A stretch of 64,000 nt of DNA, from the NCBI GenBank assembly GCA_036676395.1, contig JAKFCY010000003.1, positions 128,001 to 192,000 on the forward strand, in the 5' to 3' direction. Origin of the DNA: Bdellovibrio sp. (GTDB lineage: Bacteria; Bdellovibrionota; Bdellovibrionia; Bdellovibrionales; Bdellovibrionaceae). The notes beneath the pieces are model-generated. The model searched no databases, was not told the DNA's origin, and worked only from the letters and a program-made list of their open reading frames with translations. This document shows, piece by piece, positions 29,999 to 39,967 of this stretch; the stretch's first letter is position 1; every line of letters begins with the position of its first letter. The position numbers and the translations under genes are program-made.

Positions 29999-30949
29999 TT
30001 ACAACCGATATTTATCGGCGATTTTCTTAATCTGACTGTAACCCAATTCAGAGCCTTTGACCATGATGTCGCGACGTTTATCAAAATCATCGATATCGTA
30101 ATCACTTAGATCAATATCAATAACTTCGTCGATGCCTGGGTTTTTCTTAGCGATAGAGGCTGCAAACTGCCCCCAGATCTGATTTTCAGCCGAATCCGCT
30201 GATTTAATGATGCTTGAGTCATTTTTACCCGCGATCACGTTGATTAAAATGATCTTATTAACACCTGTAGCTTTTAAATGCTGGATCGTTAAATTCAGGT
30301 CAGTCAAATTTGCTACGCTATTTCCAAAAGGCTTTACGATACCTGCCGAAGGTATACAGAACGGCAAAAACTGATCAACTTGGCCACGGTTTAACATATA
30401 ACTAGTTTTAGTTTTTAAATTCACTGATGGACAAACGAACGGCATTTTAAAATCTTGCGTAGTTTTACGGCCGAAAGCTGCTTGCACGAATTCTTGCCAG
30501 TCATCGATATCTTTAAATTTGGCTAATTCCCATTCAACTTCATTCACTGAAGCATTTTGCGCAAAACTTGCAGCAACAACAGAACCCCATTCAATACCAG
30601 CAACGCTAATCACCGGAAATTTAAACTTTTGCATTTCTTTTAATACGCCAACATGCGCCCAAGCTTTGGCTCCCCCTGCAGAAAAGATAATTCCAAACTT
30701 AGGAAGCCCTTTTACGGCACCAGTTGTAAACTGGGGCGTAATAATTTGTGGAGTCACAATTACCGGTGCTGAGGCTATAGGTATCGTCGTCGTTGGTTGT
30801 GTTACCGTCGTTGTCGTAGTTGTAGTTCCAGAAGTAACCACCTGTGGAGTAAATGGTTTTGTCGGTTGAGCTCTACGCATCGACTGACAACCAAAAGTAA
30901 ACAGAACTGAAACCAAAGCTAAAATTAAAAAATTATTTTTTACGACCAT
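29999..30949 (-). CDS. Patatin-like lipoprotein, catalytic motifs degenerate
   Basis: SAGGAKAWAHVGVL present; GxSxG replaced by GIEWG; TFGC lipobox-like; start ATG 30949. Confidence 0.78.
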   Translation of the reverse strand: MVVKNNFLILALVSVLFTFGCQSMRRAQPTKPFTPQVVTSGTTTTTTTVTQPTTTIPIASAPVIVTPQIITPQFTTGAVKGLPKFGIIFSAGGAKAWAHVGVLKEMQKFKFPVISVAGIEWGSVVAASFAQNASVNEVEWELAKFKDIDDWQEFVQAAFGRKTTQDFKMPFVCPSVNLKTKTSYMLNRGQVDQFLPFCIPSAGIVKPFGNSVANLTDLNLTIQHLKATGVNKIILINVIAGKNDSSIIKSADSAENQIWGQFAASIAKKNPGIDEVIDIDLSDYDIDDFDKRRDIMVKGSELGYSQIKKIADKYRL

Positions 30950-31670
30950 AAATGAAGAACTCCTTGTTGCCATCTTTTCCAGTGATCGAACTTTCAAAGT
31001 ATTTACATTCACATTGAAATAGGTTTTCGCAAAGTGAAGTTATGTTCGCTTGGATGGTGTTGTAGACCTTAGCATCACTGACAATACCATTTTTATCAAG
31101 GGCCTGCGGGCCACATTCAAACTGGGGCTTTACGAGCAATAAGAAAAAGCCTTTTGTCTTAAGCAGTGGTTCCAAAAAGGCAACGACCTTCGTCAGGGAA
31201 ATAAACGAGACATCGCACACGATACCATCAAAGCGTTCGTTGGCTAATACATGAGTTGCAATATCTTTGACGTTCAGATTTTCAAAATAAGTGACGCGAG
31301 AATCAGATTTAATCTTGTCATGCAATTGCACCGAGCCCACATCTAATCCGGTGACATGTTTAGCATGACGCTGAATTAAAGCATCAGTAAAACCACCGGT
31401 TGATTGCCCGACGTCTAAAATAGTTAGACCTGTTACATCTTGCTGAACAAAATCTAAGGCTCCCGCAAGTTTAAAACCGGCGCGCGAAACATATTGGCTT
31501 AAATTATTTTCTGCAATTGTGATCTCAGAAAACATATCTTCATTCACTTCAAAGCTTGGTTTAGTTAATACTTTATTTTTATGTAGCACTAATCCTTGCG
31601 CGATCAAATCTTGCGCTTTGGTGCGAGATTCTATTTTTTTATGTTTTACTAGAAAAAGATCTAAACGCAT
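30933..31670 (-). CDS. tlyA: TlyA family rRNA methyltransferase
   Basis: MRLD S4 domain, YVSRAGFKL, DVGQSTGGFTD, DVSFISL, LVKPQFE, GKDGN. Confidence 0.93.
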   Translation of the reverse strand: MRLDLFLVKHKKIESRTKAQDLIAQGLVLHKNKVLTKPSFEVNEDMFSEITIAENNLSQYVSRAGFKLAGALDFVQQDVTGLTILDVGQSTGGFTDALIQRHAKHVTGLDVGSVQLHDKIKSDSRVTYFENLNVKDIATHVLANERFDGIVCDVSFISLTKVVAFLEPLLKTKGFFLLLVKPQFECGPQALDKNGIVSDAKVYNTIQANITSLCENLFQCECKYFESSITGKDGNKEFFIYGRKK

Positions 31671-32528
31671 TTATGCATTTCTGTTTTGATTATAAAAAAC
31701 TAAGTCTTTAAGAGGTTGAATATTCAAATGCTTTAATGATTCTAACGCTTGTGTTGAGATTTCAACTTGTTTTGCTAATTGGGCTTTAGTTTTATCTAAA
31801 CCAATCAGTGCTATGTAACTTTTAAAATCCTGATCTTTATCGCCAGCATCTAAAATATCGTCTTTAATCTGAAACGCCAACCCGATGGATGAAGCAAAAG
31901 CTGCAAAAGCCTTAGTTTCAGTATCATTAGCTTCGCAAATGGCAGCTCCGCCCATAACTGCCGCTTCGATTAAAGCGCCGGTTTTTAACCGGTGCATTAG
32001 TTCAACCTGTGAAAGTGTAATATCAGATTTACTTTTCATATCTAAAACTTGGCCACCGATCATTCCTAAAGCACCGGCTTTAGTTGATAGTAACTGAATT
32101 AATTGAACAGCTAACTTTGGGTTATTGGCATATTCGAAAGCTAATAAAGATAAAGCTTGGGTCTGAAAAGCATCCCCAGCTAAAAGCGCGATGTCTTCGC
32201 CGAACACTTTATGATTCGTAGGTTTTCCACGTCGGGTATCATCGTTATCCATACACGGTAAATCGTCGTGAATCAGTGAATAGGTGTGAATCATTTCAGT
32301 CGCCATCGCGAAAGCTAAATAATTCTGTGGTTTATTATAAGCCTGTACGACTAAAGAAGTCAGAAACGGGCGAAATCTTTTGCCACCCGATTCGAATGAA
32401 TATTTAAGGCTTTCCCATAACACATTAACTTCAGGCAGCTTTTGTGAAAGCTGAGCTAACGAATTTGCAGCGTACTGATCAAATTCAGCAATAAAGTGGG
32501 TTTGTAACTGCAAAAGCGCTGGGGTCAT
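31671..32528 (-). CDS. ispA: Farnesyl/geranyl diphosphate synthase
   Basis: GGKRFRP, SLIHDDLPCMDNDDTRRG, FQIKDD; follows xseB. Confidence 0.92.
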   Translation of the reverse strand: MTPALLQLQTHFIAEFDQYAANSLAQLSQKLPEVNVLWESLKYSFESGGKRFRPFLTSLVVQAYNKPQNYLAFAMATEMIHTYSLIHDDLPCMDNDDTRRGKPTNHKVFGEDIALLAGDAFQTQALSLLAFEYANNPKLAVQLIQLLSTKAGALGMIGGQVLDMKSKSDITLSQVELMHRLKTGALIEAAVMGGAAICEANDTETKAFAAFASSIGLAFQIKDDILDAGDKDQDFKSYIALIGLDKTKAQLAKQVEISTQALESLKHLNIQPLKDLVFYNQNRNA

Positions 32529-32536
32529 ACTAAATA

Positions 32537-32761
32537 CTAATTTTCTTCAGAAAATTTTTCAGTAACAGCGTTACCTTTATCATCAACAGAAACTAATTTT
32601 TTAACCTGGGCTTCAGCTGTTGTTAGTTGACCGTGGCAATCACGAGAAAGCTTAACGCCTTCTTCAAATAACTTTAAAGAATCATCTAACGATAATTCTC
32701 CTTTTTCCATTTTTTGTACGATCTCTTCTAAGCGATTTAATTTTTTTTCAAAATCCATCAC
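32537..32761 (-). CDS. xseB: Exodeoxyribonuclease VII small subunit
   Basis: FEKKLNRLEEIVQKMEKGELSLDDSLKLFEEG. Confidence 0.93.
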   Translation of the reverse strand: MMDFEKKLNRLEEIVQKMEKGELSLDDSLKLFEEGVKLSRDCHGQLTTAEAQVKKLVSVDDKGNAVTEKFSEEN

Positions 32762-32767
32762 ATACTC

Positions 32768-34117
32768 CTATTTAATATTTTTAACTTCTGTTTCGATGGT
32801 TCCGTCTGCAACTTTGATGGCAAGCAGGTCGCCGACTTTCACTTGTTTCACTGATTTCACAACGTCTTTACCTTTAGTCGTAATGCTATAACCGCGATCT
32901 ACAACCTTAAGCGGGCTTAATGAATCTAATAACGCCATTGCACTTTCAACACGAAACTTAAATTGCGTTAGATTTTTTGCAAGACTATTGCTTAATTTTT
33001 GCTGGCGCTGCTGCAATGAAACTTTTTTAATTTCGATAACTTGCTTTGGTGAAACTAAACGTGAACGCAATAACTGGATATCACGGCGGGCATGCGCTAA
33101 ATAATTTGTCATCGCCAGGTCCATACGCGAATACAAATCATCATTGCGGATAAATAAATCCTGTAATTTCTTTTTCGGATCTACCAAGCGTTTAGCCTGC
33201 AATAACAATGATTGTTGTTTGTGTTGTAAGCGGCGCTGAATCGCTAAGCGTAATAATCTTTCAAGCTGTTCTAATTTATTAATAATTTCAACTGAACTTT
33301 TCGCCACTAATTCAGCTGCTGCTGATGGTGTTGGTGCACGAAGGTCAGCTACGAAATCACAAATTGTAAAATCAATTTCATGGCCTACTGCTGAAATCAC
33401 AGGAATTTTACTCTCAGCAATAGTGCGCGCTAATCTTTCATCATTAAAGCACCACATGTCTTCGATTGATCCACCACCACGGCCGATGATGATCACATCT
33501 GGCTTTAGCAATTCAGCTTTTTTAAAAGCTTCAACTAAAGATGGTGCCGCTGCTGCACCTTGTACGATCGCAGGAACTACGATCACCTGAACGCCGCGGG
33601 CACGACGATTCATGATATTTAAAATATCCTGAATCGCAGCTCCTGTTGGTGAAGTTACGATGGCTACAGTTTTTGGGTACGTAGGAATAGGTTGTTTTCT
33701 TGCGGAATCAAACAAACCTTCGGCTTTTAATTTATCACGTAATTGTTCAAATTGTTTTTGTAAAGCTCCGGCGCCCACAGGCTCCATCATTTCACAAGCG
33801 ATTGAATATGTGCCGCGAGGTTCATAAACCGTGATTTTTCCACGCACAATAACTTCTAAACCGTCATGAGGTTTAAATTTTAATTTCGAATTATGCCCAC
33901 GAAACATCATGGCGCTGATTTGCGCTTTTGAATCTTTTAAAGAAAAATAAAAATGCCCTGAAGAGTGAGGTTTGAAATTCGAAATTTCACCTTTGATCCA
34001 AATAGTCCCAACATTGGTTTCGATCAGACCACGCAAAATATTATTAACCTGCTCAACAGAAAAGATTTGTGGTGCTGCGGTGCTAGGAGCGTTTGTGGAA
34101 TTTACCTCTTGCGACAT
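32768..34117 (-). CDS. xseA: Exodeoxyribonuclease VII large subunit
   Basis: GEISNF, SGHFYFSLKD, TSPTGAA, RGGGSIED, GHEID, APTPSAAAE. Confidence 0.96.
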   Translation of the reverse strand: MSQEVNSTNAPSTAAPQIFSVEQVNNILRGLIETNVGTIWIKGEISNFKPHSSGHFYFSLKDSKAQISAMMFRGHNSKLKFKPHDGLEVIVRGKITVYEPRGTYSIACEMMEPVGAGALQKQFEQLRDKLKAEGLFDSARKQPIPTYPKTVAIVTSPTGAAIQDILNIMNRRARGVQVIVVPAIVQGAAAAPSLVEAFKKAELLKPDVIIIGRGGGSIEDMWCFNDERLARTIAESKIPVISAVGHEIDFTICDFVADLRAPTPSAAAELVAKSSVEIINKLEQLERLLRLAIQRRLQHKQQSLLLQAKRLVDPKKKLQDLFIRNDDLYSRMDLAMTNYLAHARRDIQLLRSRLVSPKQVIEIKKVSLQQRQQKLSNSLAKNLTQFKFRVESAMALLDSLSPLKVVDRGYSITTKGKDVVKSVKQVKVGDLLAIKVADGTIETEVKNIK

Positions 34118-34129
34118 CCACGAAATGTA

Positions 34130-34339
34130 TCAAGAAAACCAGAGATTTTGCAATGACCAAAGACCGCCAACATAGAGCGATATTACAGCCAAATGACGGT
34201 GCTTTTCAAACTGGGCGTGATAGACAGGCATTTCTTTCTGGGCCAATTTTACTAAATATGGGATTTCAAGCACAAAAGTGAGCACCAGACCATAAAAGAA
34301 AACTAAAAATGGGAAATAAAAATCAATTTGCGAAATCAT
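34130..34339 (-). CDS. Small membrane hypothetical protein
   Basis: Two hydrophobic segments, co-oriented 12 nt before xseA. Confidence 0.65.
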   Translation of the reverse strand: MISQIDFYFPFLVFFYGLVLTFVLEIPYLVKLAQKEMPVYHAQFEKHRHLAVISLYVGGLWSLQNLWFS

Positions 34340-34384
34340 GCCAACCCTTCGGGCTTTTTTTTCACTTTCTGAAGTCCTGATGCA

Positions 34385-34412
34385 TGGACTTTTTTAGGAT
34401 CTTTGATATTAT
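34385..34412 (+). promoter_or_regulatory. Sigma-70 promoter candidate for the putative 6S RNA
   Basis: TGGACT-N16-TATTAT about 6 nt before the predicted RNA 5' end. Confidence 0.5.
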
Positions 34413-34418
34413 GAAGTT

Positions 34419-34592
34419 GGGGGTTCGCTGACGTAAAACTCATCGAAAATAAACCTTACAAGCTTATATACGGGATCTGTCCCTGACAATGGTGTGCAAG
34501 CTCACCTCGTAGTGAGAAGCCTAAAGTTGTTATATGGAAACCCACCTAGCGAAAAGAGGTTTATGTTTCAGAGTTGTCTTCGAGCCTTTTTT
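34419..34592 (+). ncRNA. ssrS: Probable 6S RNA
   Basis: ~170-nt rod: GGTTCG/CGAGCC, GAC/GTC, AACTC/GAGTT and GAAAATAAACCT/AGGTTTATGTTTC pair; central bulge with AACCCACCT; T-run at the 3' end. Confidence 0.72.
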
Positions 34593-34718
34593 TATTCTCT
34601 TTTAGAGTCAATACGTTGGCCTAAAAGTCCTGTTTCACTTTGAGAAACTGGACCATTTTTCTCTCTTAAAATACCTTAAATTCATCAATCTTTACCTTAC
34701 TTTGACCGATAAATACTT

Positions 34719-36854
34719 GTGGTTTTCACGAGCAGATTTTTGATTTTATTCAACTTATTTTTATTAACAGCTTTTACACAAAGCTGCGGACCCCGTTTAA
34801 GCTCTGAAGCCCAAGAATTTTTATCCGAATCACAAGAAGTTCCTGCATGTACGACACAATACAATTATGCAAGCTCGGTAAATGTATCTGCACAGGCTAT
34901 ATTTTTTAAACGCGGTACCGAGCCAGTTATCGTTAACAATAAAATTACAAATTTAATTTTAAGTGATCCACTCGTTGATGGGCTACCGATTCCCTATGCT
35001 GAAGTAGCAGTTTACACGAGTGACAAACAATTAGTGCAATGTGGAGTGACCGACGTTGCTGGCAATCTTATCGGCTTATCAGGCGGAGCCTTAGAAATTC
35101 CAGATACACCGCAATCTTATATAATTCGTGTTTATGCGCGCGCTAACAAAGTAATGCCAACCAAAGGCTTCACAGCAAACGCCGCAGTTAAAGAAGATCC
35201 TTACACAAATAAAGTTCATTACATCGAAACAACGTTTGATTCTGATGGCGTTAATACCACGCCAATTTCATTAATCGCCTATGCCCGTCAGACTGATGAT
35301 GTAAATATCAAAGGTGGCGCATTTAATATTTATAATAATTTTATTCAGACTTATACTTACCTGGATGATAACTTATCGGTTCCAAACTCTGAGCTAACTT
35401 GCCTGTCAAAACCATTCAGTATGTATTGGAAGCCCGGGTTTAATCCATTTCAATACGAGTACCCAAATGCTGATCCAAATACATTGGTGAATTCATCGTA
35501 TTACAAACATGAATCAGATAGTTTATTCATCAGCGGTGGCCAAGTTGGTGATATCAGCTTAGCAAACACTGATCACTTCGATGATTTTGCTTCAATTCAT
35601 GAGATAGGTCATTTTATTGAAGACCAGTGCGGACGCTTTGATACTCCGGGCGGAGGTCATGCGATTATCGTACGTATCGATCCACGCTTAGCATGGCATG
35701 AAGCCTGGGCAAATTATTTTGCCGGTGTTGTCACTAATGAACGCCAAGATTTTTTAAATCCAGAAATGAGCACTCTCTTGGCCGCAAGCCCAACAGGTGA
35801 TTTAAGTTGGAGCTTTCTATTTAACTCATTTGGTTTTTCTGATTCTGTACAAAACGTCGGTAATGGCACTGGTTTCATGATGGATCTTAAAAGGCCAGGA
35901 ACCTCTCCGGGCGAATGGCAAATTGCACCGTATTTTGGTTCACCGTTTGATCAGGTTAATCCTACACTGTACCCCGGTGAAGGGCATTTTCGCGAAGGTG
36001 CTATCACACGCGCTTTGTTTAAAATGACTGTAGCGCCAGCTACACTTTGTTCGTCATGCGGAAGCTCAGTGTTTGCATCTAGCCCGGTGCCATTCAATGT
36101 GATGTGGCAGGCTTTTGATGCTAACGGCGGCATGGGTGATTCTACAAATCACTTCTCAAGCTCAAATCAATTTTTAGAAAAAGTTAAAACTCTACTTACT
36201 GCACCAACTTGGGCTTCATTTGTTCAAGGAGCTGCTGACGCTGAAGCATTGCATTTATTTTCTGATCATAACACGGCCGGAAAAGCATATGTCACTAATA
36301 TTACTGGCACCGATTATTTAAATTGGCTTCCATTAGGGCATAAGTTGCAGCAATCAGTTTGCACCAAGCCAACGATCATGCAAGAGCGCAGTGATGACCC
36401 GGCATTTACCGGAATCAACTCTGATCAGCGTTATTCAAATCACTTCTACATGCTCGATCCGAGCGTGCTATCAGGGCTTAACACCTTATCGATTACATTT
36501 ACTAAAGTAACCGGCACAGACACAGACCACGATATCATTATTTTTGATGAAGCTTATCGCTTTAACGGTGATTATGCCTGTAAACAACCCGAAACCGATG
36601 ATGGCAATTGCCCCGGCAATGAATACGAAGCTTCGCGATCGACCAATGCTTTTGTGGTCGCCTCTAATCGCGCGACTTCTTCAAACTTAGGCACTAATTA
36701 TACAAAATCAATTTCAAGTCTTTTAACAAAACTTGATCCAACAAAAAAATACTTACTTAATATTCGCGCTTACACCGCTAATAAAAGTTTAAGCAATGCA
36801 ACGTCATATATATATACTATGACGAGTAACTTGGGGACGCTATGCCCAGAATAA
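34719..36854 (+). CDS. Large lipoprotein with HExxH zinc-metallopeptidase motif (paralog A1)
   Basis: TQSC lipobox-like; HEIGHFIE and downstream AWHEAWAN. Confidence 0.8.
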   Translation: MVFTSRFLILFNLFLLTAFTQSCGPRLSSEAQEFLSESQEVPACTTQYNYASSVNVSAQAIFFKRGTEPVIVNNKITNLILSDPLVDGLPIPYAEVAVYTSDKQLVQCGVTDVAGNLIGLSGGALEIPDTPQSYIIRVYARANKVMPTKGFTANAAVKEDPYTNKVHYIETTFDSDGVNTTPISLIAYARQTDDVNIKGGAFNIYNNFIQTYTYLDDNLSVPNSELTCLSKPFSMYWKPGFNPFQYEYPNADPNTLVNSSYYKHESDSLFISGGQVGDISLANTDHFDDFASIHEIGHFIEDQCGRFDTPGGGHAIIVRIDPRLAWHEAWANYFAGVVTNERQDFLNPEMSTLLAASPTGDLSWSFLFNSFGFSDSVQNVGNGTGFMMDLKRPGTSPGEWQIAPYFGSPFDQVNPTLYPGEGHFREGAITRALFKMTVAPATLCSSCGSSVFASSPVPFNVMWQAFDANGGMGDSTNHFSSSNQFLEKVKTLLTAPTWASFVQGAADAEALHLFSDHNTAGKAYVTNITGTDYLNWLPLGHKLQQSVCTKPTIMQERSDDPAFTGINSDQRYSNHFYMLDPSVLSGLNTLSITFTKVTGTDTDHDIIIFDEAYRFNGDYACKQPETDDGNCPGNEYEASRSTNAFVVASNRATSSNLGTNYTKSISSLLTKLDPTKKYLLNIRAYTANKSLSNATSYIYTMTSNLGTLCPE

Positions 36855-37336
36855 TTCTGATTTCAATCTTAGCTTCATTATTTTTGCTTCTTACAGGTTG
36901 TTACGATGAACAAGCTGGCAGTAAACATGGTTTATCAAAAGTGCCGCTGACTCAATTTAGTTACCGCGGAGTCGTTGACCGTACCATTAAATTAAATTTT
37001 AAAATTGAAAAAGGCGCAGTCAGTAAACTGATTGCCCACATCGAAACTGATTATGATTATAATTTTCCATTAACTTACGAATGGAAATTAGGTGAAGGTG
37101 TACAAGTTAGTTCAGGATCTCTTAAGGGCCAGATTTCAAGTCTGCAAAAAAATTCTCCCTTAGAAATCGAACTTGAAGTTACAGGATTCAGTGGCGACAT
37201 CGCCCGCTTTGCCCGCTTTGAAGTTATCGGGTCTAATCCGCAAAAACGCGCTTTCGCCGATGGTATTTTAAGTTCGCAAGATAAATCGTTTGAAAAAATC
37301 GTTCAAGAAATCGAAGAATACAAAAAAAGTAATTAA
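36842..37336 (+). CDS. Small lipoprotein partner (paralog B1)
   Basis: LTGC lipobox; start overlaps the A1 3' end. Confidence 0.8.
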   Translation: MPRIILISILASLFLLLTGCYDEQAGSKHGLSKVPLTQFSYRGVVDRTIKLNFKIEKGAVSKLIAHIETDYDYNFPLTYEWKLGEGVQVSSGSLKGQISSLQKNSPLEIELEVTGFSGDIARFARFEVIGSNPQKRAFADGILSSQDKSFEKIVQEIEEYKKSN

Positions 37337-37349
37337 TAGGATTTTAATA

Positions 37350-39383
37350 ATGAACCATTTGACCGCTAGATTTTTTATTTTATCTTTTCTGTTAGCAACT
37401 TTAGCAAGTTGCGGGGCAAGTTTAACTGCTGGCATCGAGGATGATGGCGCGGCTACGCCCGTTACGGCTAACGAAATTGCATTTTGTTCAACTTCGACTA
37501 GTTATAGCCCAGGAGTCTTCGTATCTGGCACAGCTAAATATCGTCGTCGCGACACTAATATACAAATCAATAGTGGCGTCGTCACGAGCGCTACGACTGG
37601 TGCTGTTATTACGCCTACACTTCCCATTAAATATGCTGAAATTCGGGTGCTGAATGCTGCGGGGACAATCATTCAATGTGGAACTACAAATAGTATTGGC
37701 GAATTACGTGCTCTTGATGGCACATCGGCTTTATTTTTACCTAACGATGCCGGAAATTTCACAATCGAAGTTCTTTCGCGCGCAAATTTCACGTTTCCTT
37801 CTGTTGGCAAACCAATTAGTGCGACCCTTTCTGCAGCAGTAAAAGAAGATCCCACTTCAAATACTATTTATAAAATTTCTGGCACTTTGGCTTCAAGCGG
37901 CTTTGGCGGCAGTGCCAACTCGCCACTTAATTTGATCGCCGAAGCCAGCGAGTTTGCATCTAGTAAAATAGAAGGTGGCGCATTTAATATTTACAACGAC
38001 TGGGTAACTACTTTTGAATATTTAACCAGTACTAGTAACACCGGCAGTTTAGACGTAAGTTGTTTGAATCCCCGTTTAGATATGTTCTGGAAAGCTGGAT
38101 TTAACCCCGGCGCTTATCTTGGATATGACCCGAACAGTACAATTTCTTTTTACGCGCGTGACAATAACGAACTTTATATTTGCGGCGGCGTCTCGGGCAA
38201 TGTGTCTACTGCGGATACCGATCATTGGGATGACACGGTCATTTTACATGAAATAGGTCATCATATTGAAAATGTTTGCGGCACGATGGATTCACCGGGC
38301 GGACAACATTCCGCGCAGTACCGAATTGATCCGCGCTTAGCTTGGTCTGAAGGCTGGGGAAATTTCATCGGTGGCCATATCGTAAAAAACAATACGGCTA
38401 AAATTAATCCTAACTTAGTCAGCGCCCTACCTAATGGTGAATGGCTTCATTATAGCGATACAGTCGGTTATGTTGAAGGTAGTCCAACATTTAACGGTTC
38501 GGCTATTTTGATTCGTTTAAATAAAAATGGTAATGGCTCGGGCACTGGCGCCACCCATGATGCTGTGGATGCCGCAAACAATCCTGGCGAAAGTCACACG
38601 CGCGAGGCTTCGATTGCCCGTGGCTTATTTAAAGGTGTTAACACTTGCACCAATTGCGGTGGCGGCGTGGGCTTTGATAAATATTGGACAGCTCTTGGCC
38701 GCACTAGCGGTGGCATGGGGTTTTCAACATCGCCATTCAGTAGCTCTGCAAAATTCTTTGCGAAAGCCTTTACCGCAAACAGTAATTCTTTTTCTGCAAC
38801 AATGACAAATATGATGACCAACGATGAAGCTCTGCACATGGTGGGATCTGCTTCTTTTACTACCACAGCAACTTCAACATCTTCGGGAAGTATTGCAACA
38901 AATACTTGGCCTGGTTATGGAATAAAACTTACGACTAACACCAGTTGTAATCAAAATTTATTACAAGCGCGTAACTTAGATGAAACTTTCGGACTTGAAA
39001 GTGATCAGCGTTACACCAATCATTTCTTTGCTTTTAGAACATCGGATTTAAGTGGCGTCACTTCAATCCGCCTAGTGCCGGATAGCACATGCCCTGTAGA
39101 TTTAGATCTTGTTGTTTTTAATTTAGGTTACGATTACGTCGAAGATTGCGCTAATAGCTCATGTAGCAAAAAAGGCGTTGATGGAACCAACATCGTTGCC
39201 GTATCACGTAATCCCACCAATACCACTGAGTCAGTGAGCATTTCAGGATTAAGCAGCAGTTATTACTTATTAAATGTTCGCGGCTATTCGACAAATCCAT
39301 ACACAATTCCAGCCAATAGCGCCTGCGTTTACAAATTGACCAATCAAAATGGGAGTACTTTATGTCCAAGCACGTCGTATTAA
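37350..39383 (+). CDS. Large lipoprotein with HExxH zinc-metallopeptidase motif (paralog A2)
   Basis: LASC lipobox; HEIGHHIE and AWSEGWGN; ATG 37350 with AGGA RBS. Confidence 0.82.
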   Translation: MNHLTARFFILSFLLATLASCGASLTAGIEDDGAATPVTANEIAFCSTSTSYSPGVFVSGTAKYRRRDTNIQINSGVVTSATTGAVITPTLPIKYAEIRVLNAAGTIIQCGTTNSIGELRALDGTSALFLPNDAGNFTIEVLSRANFTFPSVGKPISATLSAAVKEDPTSNTIYKISGTLASSGFGGSANSPLNLIAEASEFASSKIEGGAFNIYNDWVTTFEYLTSTSNTGSLDVSCLNPRLDMFWKAGFNPGAYLGYDPNSTISFYARDNNELYICGGVSGNVSTADTDHWDDTVILHEIGHHIENVCGTMDSPGGQHSAQYRIDPRLAWSEGWGNFIGGHIVKNNTAKINPNLVSALPNGEWLHYSDTVGYVEGSPTFNGSAILIRLNKNGNGSGTGATHDAVDAANNPGESHTREASIARGLFKGVNTCTNCGGGVGFDKYWTALGRTSGGMGFSTSPFSSSAKFFAKAFTANSNSFSATMTNMMTNDEALHMVGSASFTTTATSTSSGSIATNTWPGYGIKLTTNTSCNQNLLQARNLDETFGLESDQRYTNHFFAFRTSDLSGVTSIRLVPDSTCPVDLDLVVFNLGYDYVEDCANSSCSKKGVDGTNIVAVSRNPTNTTESVSISGLSSSYYLLNVRGYSTNPYTIPANSACVYKLTNQNGSTLCPSTSY

Positions 39384-39967
39384 AAACAATTTGTGTTTCA
39401 TTACTGGGAATTAGCTTTGGCTATGGCGTAACTCAATTAATGCATAATGAATATGAAATCGCGAGTCGCAATACGGCATCTGTTCCATTAGGTAAATTGG
39501 GATTTGATCAGGCTTCATATGATTACATTGATATTAAAATTGAAAATATTTCTATAGCCGAAAAAAAAGAAGACACTTCCATTGTGCAAGTTCGTGTCAC
39601 CGCTTTAAAAGATATTCCGGCTTCTTTAAATTACAAATGGATCTTGGGTAAAGATGTTGTTAGCTCTGAAAATTTAGACGGAGTACTTGAACCACTGACC
39701 CAAGGTCAAAGCAAAATTTATGAAATTCGGGTGCAGAATTATTCGAAAGAATGGCAATCACATGTAAGTCTATCTTTATCAGGTGATATGTCAGGCCATT
39801 CGGTTCGACGTGACGTCATTGTGTCGTCACGCCCTGAAGATTCTTTTGAATATGTAGTTCAACAAGCACAACTTGCAGAAAAGCAGGCGGCCCCTGGTAA
39901 AGTGCAAAAACTAGGTAACAAACGTTCAATGAGCGATCGCTTTCGCCCAGGCAATATCGTTCGTTAA
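39362..39967 (+). CDS. Small membrane-anchored partner (paralog B2)
   Basis: N-terminal TM helix; GGGAG RBS inside A2; motif similarity to B1. Confidence 0.8.
   Translation: MSKHVVLKTICVSLLGISFGYGVTQLMHNEYEIASRNTASVPLGKLGFDQASYDYIDIKIENISIAEKKEDTSIVQVRVTALKDIPASLNYKWILGKDVVSSENLDGVLEPLTQGQSKIYEIRVQNYSKEWQSHVSLSLSGDMSGHSVRRDVIVSSRPEDSFEYVVQQAQLAEKQAAPGKVQKLGNKRSMSDRFRPGNIVR

Noticed and set aside
30760..30860. GTT/GTC-rich quasi-repeat and antisense ORF 30519-30869
   Set aside because: Encodes the poly-Thr stalk of the patatin-like lipoprotein; not a DNA repeat element
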